DNA of 50,179 nt from Thermoplasmatales archaeon SW_10_69_26 (GTDB lineage Archaea; Thermoplasmatota; SW-10-69-26). The DNA lies in NCBI GenBank assembly GCA_003009755.1, contig PXUB01000012.1, forward strand, positions 6,770-56,948, in the 5' to 3' direction. The notes beneath the pieces were generated by a model. The model saw only the letters and a program-made list of their open reading frames with translations, had not been told where the DNA came from and did no database searches. This document shows, piece after piece, positions 45,816 to 50,179 of the stretch. Both the position numbers and the translations under genes were made by a program. How positions within the stretch are numbered: the first letter of the stretch is position 1; every line of letters starts with the position of its first letter.

Positions 45816-48800
45816 ATGGAGGCACCCACGAACCCACTGGCCCGTTCGTTGGCCCTGGCGGTTGTGGCCGGCGTTTGCTGTGCGCTCGCCGTCGCCGCGC
45901 CGGCTCATGCGGGCGAGACGCTCGTCGTGGACGACGACAGGAAAGACTGCCCCGACGCAGAGACCACCTCGATCCAGGCGGCGGTCGACAACGCTAGCGA
46001 AGGCGACCGCGTCGAGGTCTGCCCCGGGAACTACCCCGAGTCGATCACCGTGGACACCGACGCCGTCGAACTCGTCGGCGACCAGGCGACCGTGGTCGAC
46101 CCCGGGGGTAGTGAGGTCGGCGTGGGCGTGCGCGCGGAGAACGTCACCGTCTCTGGCCTCGCTGTCGAGGGACACGACACGGGGCTGCTCGTGGTCGGGA
46201 ACGAGTCCCGCATCGTGGAGAACGAGATCCGGGCCAGCGACCACGGCCTGCTGTTGGCAACCGTCTACGATCCGACCGACAACGTCCAGGTGTCGTCCTC
46301 GCTGCGCACCACGGTCGCCGACAACATGTTCCGTCACCCGGGCCACCCTGACGAGCGGGGTCAGATGGGGATCGGGGACTTCGACATCGGGATCTCGACG
46401 ACGGCCGACGAGTTGCTCGTCGACCTCGTCGAGTCGCTCGAGTCGGGTGAGATCGAGAACGCGACCAATCCCGAGGACGCCGTGCGACCGCTGCAGAATC
46501 GGATCGAGAATAACACCGTCGAGGGGTATCATCGGGCGCTGGCTCTCTTTGGAGCCCGCGAAGACCGAATCGAGAACAACACCCTGCGGCCCGCGGGCGA
46601 AGCCGCGTTCCCCGTCTTCGGGGATCCCCCGACGGGCCTCTTCGCCGAGCGATCCTCGGGCAACCGGCTCGTGGCGAACGAGATCGTGGGTCCCAACGGG
46701 ACTGGAATCCACTTGGACCACTCTACCGGATTCCGGCTCGAAGACAACGAGATCCACGACCGCCCGACGGGTCTACGAATCGACGGCGACAAGGACGCGG
46801 TCAATCACTACGACCACCAGATCACCCCCACGAACACCGTCGCAGGGGACCCGGTCGTCTTCTTCAACGGAGCGGAGAACCGGCGGGTAGAGGTCGGCGA
46901 CGTGGCCTTCGTGGGACTCGTAAACACGGCGAACGTGACCGTTGCCGACGCCGACGTGCACAGCCAGATCCTGATGGCCGCGGCCGAGGACAGCACGGTG
47001 CAAAACGCTACCGTCAGCGGCGAACAGCCGGCCGTGATTCGAGCCGGTAGCCACGGGAGCTCGATCGAAGGACTCTGGGCGGGAGCCGAGCTCCGCGAAG
47101 CCTTGGAGGTGGCCTACAGCGACGACGTGACAGTTCAAAACGCCACCCTTCGGGCCGTGGACGATTACAACGGCATCGATTCCCTCAACCTGTGGAGCCC
47201 CACCAACCTCACGGTCCGCGACAGTCGGCTGGGTGAAACCAACCTCCGCGGCGACTACGACGGCATCGCGTTCGTGAACAACACCGTCGACGGCGTCCTC
47301 ACCCCCGGCCGTGACACCCTTTCGATCTACCGCTGCGAGTACGCCGGGAACCCACTCTGCTCGGAACCCGGAGATCCGGTCCTCCTTCGAGACAACCGGT
47401 TCGTGTCCGACCCGTGGCGTGTCACCGACCAAGGGATCCCCGGAGAGCCGTTCTCTCCGGCGGTTTGGTCCCGGAACACCCCAATCGTAGTGGAAGACAA
47501 CACCGTCGAGGGCGCGAAGACCGCCTTCGACCTCGAGGGGGGCGACGAGGACCCGGAAGACGTCTACGAGATCGAGGCCCGCAACAACTCGTTCCAGTTC
47601 GTGCGAACCGCCCTCGACGTGAACCTCGCACAGGGCGCCATCGTGACAGGTAACGAGGTCCGGAACTCGGACGTCGGAATCCGGCTGCGTCCCGTGCTGG
47701 AGGACCCGCGGGTCGCCGACAACCGGTTTCGGAACGTTGCCAAGGTAGCGTTGCTCGTGTCGGCCGAGAACGCCACGCTGGTCGACAACGAGGTGCGAGA
47801 TTCCGGTGGAGCCATCGGGATCTCGACCTCGCAAGCCGAGGACGCCCGGATCTGGAACACCACGATCCAAGACACGGACACCTCGCTGAGCCTCGGAGCC
47901 TTCGTGGGAAATCTCGAGTCCTACGAGCACGAGATCCCGCGGAACAACACCGTCGACGGGAAGCCCATCATCTACGAGGTGGGCGCCCGAGACCGCGTCG
48001 TCGAGCCCCCCGAGGACCCCGGCTACGTAGGCTTCGTGCGGTCCAACAACGTGACCGTCCGTAACGTATCGCTCTCGAACGCCGGGGAGGGAGTGCTGCT
48101 CGTCGACAGCACCGACGTCCACGTCAAGGACGTTCGGGCCCGCGACAACGGCAACGGGATCGAGGTCGTTCAAAGCGACGACGTCGTGGTCGAGGACACC
48201 ACAGTTACCGACAGCGACGGCTTCGGTGTCGTCGTCCACTCGGCAGAGGACGAGGCGCGCTCCAACGATGTCGAGATCCGGGACAACCGGGTCGACCACA
48301 GCAGCCGCGCCGGGATCCGCGTCGACGAGGCCCGAGACGTGACCGTCGCCGACAATCGACTCTCGCGGAACTTCGACGACGAGGATTTCCGCAGGAACGA
48401 GCCCGGGATCCGTGTCCGGGACGTGGAGGACGTGAGACTGCAGGCCAACCGCCTGTACGACAGTCGGCAGGGGATCCGGGTCGGCAACCTCCCCGACGAT
48501 CCCTCGGGACCCGTCCGCGTCACCGACAACCTCGTCGAGGACAGCCTCAAGGCCGGCCTGACCGTGGAGAGCGGCGCCGACCCCGACCACGTCGTCGTCC
48601 GCGACAACGCGTTCGTGGACAACGAGATCGGCGTGGAACTCGACGCCGCCGGAATCCTCGACGCTCGCAACAACTCGTGGGGTGCCGCCGACGGTCCCAG
48701 CGGGCGCGCGGAGGACCCCAAGACGGGGGCTGTAGCGGACGGGAGCGGGGACAAGGTGGACGAGAACGTTCGCTTTGACCCCTGGAGAGAAGACCTGCCA

Positions 48801-50021
48801 CCGCGCATCGACCTCCCCGACCCCAACCCCGTGCGCGAGGGGGAGACGCTCGTCGTCGACGTGACCGCGTGGGATCCCGAGGGCGACGCGATCGACCTCT
48901 CGGTCCCCACCACGCCCGACGGGGCCACGTTCACCGACCGCGGCGACGGAACCGCCAGGCTCACGTGGACGCCTGGGCACGGGGACCGGGGCAGCCACGA
49001 CTTCGTGGTCCGAGCCGAGGCCGACGGCCTGTCGGCCCAGGCGGCGGCCACGATCGAGGTCCGGCCGGGGCTGGATGCGCCCGACGTGACGGTTCTCGAT
49101 CCCGTCATCGAGGCCGACCACCCCGTGACCGCGCTTTTGCCCGGCCAGGATCTCGTTCTGAGAGCCGACGCCGACGACGCCGACGGTGAGGTCGAACAGG
49201 TCACCCTTGGAACGGGCGAGGATCCCTCCACGCTGCGCGACGCCGAGCGCCGATCGGGGACGTGGGTGACCGGCCCCGTCTCCTTCGAGACCCCGGGCAC
49301 ATACGAGATCCACGCGAAAGCCGTGGACGACGACGGGCTCACCGGCGAGGCGCAGGCCACGATCGAGATCCGCGCCAACCGGCCCCCCGAGATCCGGCTG
49401 CGCTCGGAGCCGCTGGCGGTCGACGAGGTCCAACCCGAGGTCCGGATCGACGCCTCCCCCAGCCGGGATCCCGACGGCCACCACGTTCGGTCCCTCCTCG
49501 AGTTGCCCGACGGTCGCGAGGTCGAGTCCTCGTCCCCGATGGCCAGCCCCGAGCCCGTCAACTGGACGCCGCCGGGGGCCGGGGTCTACGAGGCCACCGT
49601 CACGCTCGAGGACCCTCGCGATGCGAGAACGACGTCGGCCGCGACAATCGAGGTGGACGACGCGATTACGGTTCCCGACTTGCGGGTCGTTCCCCGGGGT
49701 CCCAACCAACGCACCCACGTCGTCGGCCTCGTATTGAACGAGTCCGGCTCGGGGGTCGCGAACGCCGGCGTTGAGCTGACCGTGGACGTGCCGGGCAGTC
49801 CTCGTCCCACGACGGTGACGACGGTCGCCAACGACCAGGGCCTGTTCAGTCAGGCCCTACCCTTCGACGTGGGGGTCGGCGTCACGGGCCTGAACCTGGT
49901 CGGCGAGCACGGGCTGACCGTGCGGGCGGAGGCCGCAAACCAGTACGCGCTCGCCGGGGACGACGGGCAGGGCCCCGAGGTGGCGACGGTTCAGACGACC
50001 TATCACGTCGAGGCGACGTGA
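45816..50021 (+). CDS. Large secreted NosD-like beta-helix protein with C-terminal Ig/PKD-like domains
   Basis: SD GGAGG and a signal peptide; TSIQAAVDNA..GD.V.V.PG.Y.E; many beta-helix turns; DARNNSWGAADGP...FDPW; DPEGD, D.DG and S.DPDG Ig-like repeats. Confidence 0.88.
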   Translation: MEAPTNPLARSLALAVVAGVCCALAVAAPAHAGETLVVDDDRKDCPDAETTSIQAAVDNASEGDRVEVCPGNYPESITVDTDAVELVGDQATVVDPGGSEVGVGVRAENVTVSGLAVEGHDTGLLVVGNESRIVENEIRASDHGLLLATVYDPTDNVQVSSSLRTTVADNMFRHPGHPDERGQMGIGDFDIGISTTADELLVDLVESLESGEIENATNPEDAVRPLQNRIENNTVEGYHRALALFGAREDRIENNTLRPAGEAAFPVFGDPPTGLFAERSSGNRLVANEIVGPNGTGIHLDHSTGFRLEDNEIHDRPTGLRIDGDKDAVNHYDHQITPTNTVAGDPVVFFNGAENRRVEVGDVAFVGLVNTANVTVADADVHSQILMAAAEDSTVQNATVSGEQPAVIRAGSHGSSIEGLWAGAELREALEVAYSDDVTVQNATLRAVDDYNGIDSLNLWSPTNLTVRDSRLGETNLRGDYDGIAFVNNTVDGVLTPGRDTLSIYRCEYAGNPLCSEPGDPVLLRDNRFVSDPWRVTDQGIPGEPFSPAVWSRNTPIVVEDNTVEGAKTAFDLEGGDEDPEDVYEIEARNNSFQFVRTALDVNLAQGAIVTGNEVRNSDVGIRLRPVLEDPRVADNRFRNVAKVALLVSAENATLVDNEVRDSGGAIGISTSQAEDARIWNTTIQDTDTSLSLGAFVGNLESYEHEIPRNNTVDGKPIIYEVGARDRVVEPPEDPGYVGFVRSNNVTVRNVSLSNAGEGVLLVDSTDVHVKDVRARDNGNGIEVVQSDDVVVEDTTVTDSDGFGVVVHSAEDEARSNDVEIRDNRVDHSSRAGIRVDEARDVTVADNRLSRNFDDEDFRRNEPGIRVRDVEDVRLQANRLYDSRQGIRVGNLPDDPSGPVRVTDNLVEDSLKAGLTVESGADPDHVVVRDNAFVDNEIGVELDAAGILDARNNSWGAADGPSGRAEDPKTGAVADGSGDKVDENVRFDPWREDLPPRIDLPDPNPVREGETLVVDVTAWDPEGDAIDLSVPTTPDGATFTDRGDGTARLTWTPGHGDRGSHDFVVRAEADGLSAQAAATIEVRPGLDAPDVTVLDPVIEADHPVTALLPGQDLVLRADADDADGEVEQVTLGTGEDPSTLRDAERRSGTWVTGPVSFETPGTYEIHAKAVDDDGLTGEAQATIEIRANRPPEIRLRSEPLAVDEVQPEVRIDASPSRDPDGHHVRSLLELPDGREVESSSPMASPEPVNWTPPGAGVYEATVTLEDPRDARTTSAATIEVDDAITVPDLRVVPRGPNQRTHVVGLVLNESGSGVANAGVELTVDVPGSPRPTTVTTVANDQGLFSQALPFDVGVGVTGLNLVGEHGLTVRAEAANQYALAGDDGQGPEVATVQTTYHVEAT

Positions 50022-50081
50022 GGACGGGCGGTCGACCACCACGTCCGGGATTCGGCTCGCGCGCCGAAGCGCGGCGGGGAC

Positions 50082-50128
50082 TAGACTGCCGGACGTGTTT
50101 TGCTTACGCTCTCGCGCCGGTCTGAGCG
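50082..50128 (+). mobile_element. Second copy (left part) of the MITE-like element
   Basis: 42/47 identity to 10313-10359; begins (C)TAGACTGCCGG; no right end is visible before the window edge. Confidence 0.6.
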
Positions 50129-50179
50129 AGGCAAGGTCGCGGAGCCCGAGGAAGGAAACCCCGAAAATTTCCGACCCTC

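Noticed and set aside
1-50179. tRNA, rRNA, transposase, integrase or provirus genes
   Set aside because: None recognised by eye; a tRNAscan/Infernal run would be needed to exclude small RNAs.

Overview
A 50 kb, very GC-rich chromosomal window from an archaeon with acidic proteins. It has archaeal-type LeuRS, non-discriminating AspRS, RIO1 plus a KH/Dim2 protein, PurP, NadX and TATA-like promoters about 25-35 nt upstream of many starts. An HPS-RraA fusion, NadX and Sec-type rather than twin-arginine signal peptides suggest a halophilic Thermoplasmatota-like lineage rather than Halobacteria; this is inference only. Housekeeping genes (nadC, nadX, aspS, leuC-like, leuS, mvaD, purC, purP, sod, rio1) alternate with secreted accessory genes (two tandem S8 proteases, three beta-helix proteins, small Cys-motif peptides, lipoproteins) and several gene remnants. 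Strongest leads: (1) downstream of aspS, a run of back-to-back hairpins holds a displaced second copy of the last 10 codons plus stop of aspS, with 8 substitutions that are all synonymous, and each copy is paired with its own matching inverted arm; (2) a kaiB-kaiC operon in which KaiC is fused in frame to a PAS-histidine kinase, with a Lys-to-Met change in the CII Walker A motif and an SA phosphosite pair; (3) a TA-flanked MITE-like element sitting on TAG stop codons; (4) a mosaic array of four 91-97 bp tandem repeats; (5) a covarying structured repeat pair near 17.4 kb. No rRNA, tRNA, CRISPR array, transposase or integrase was recognised.
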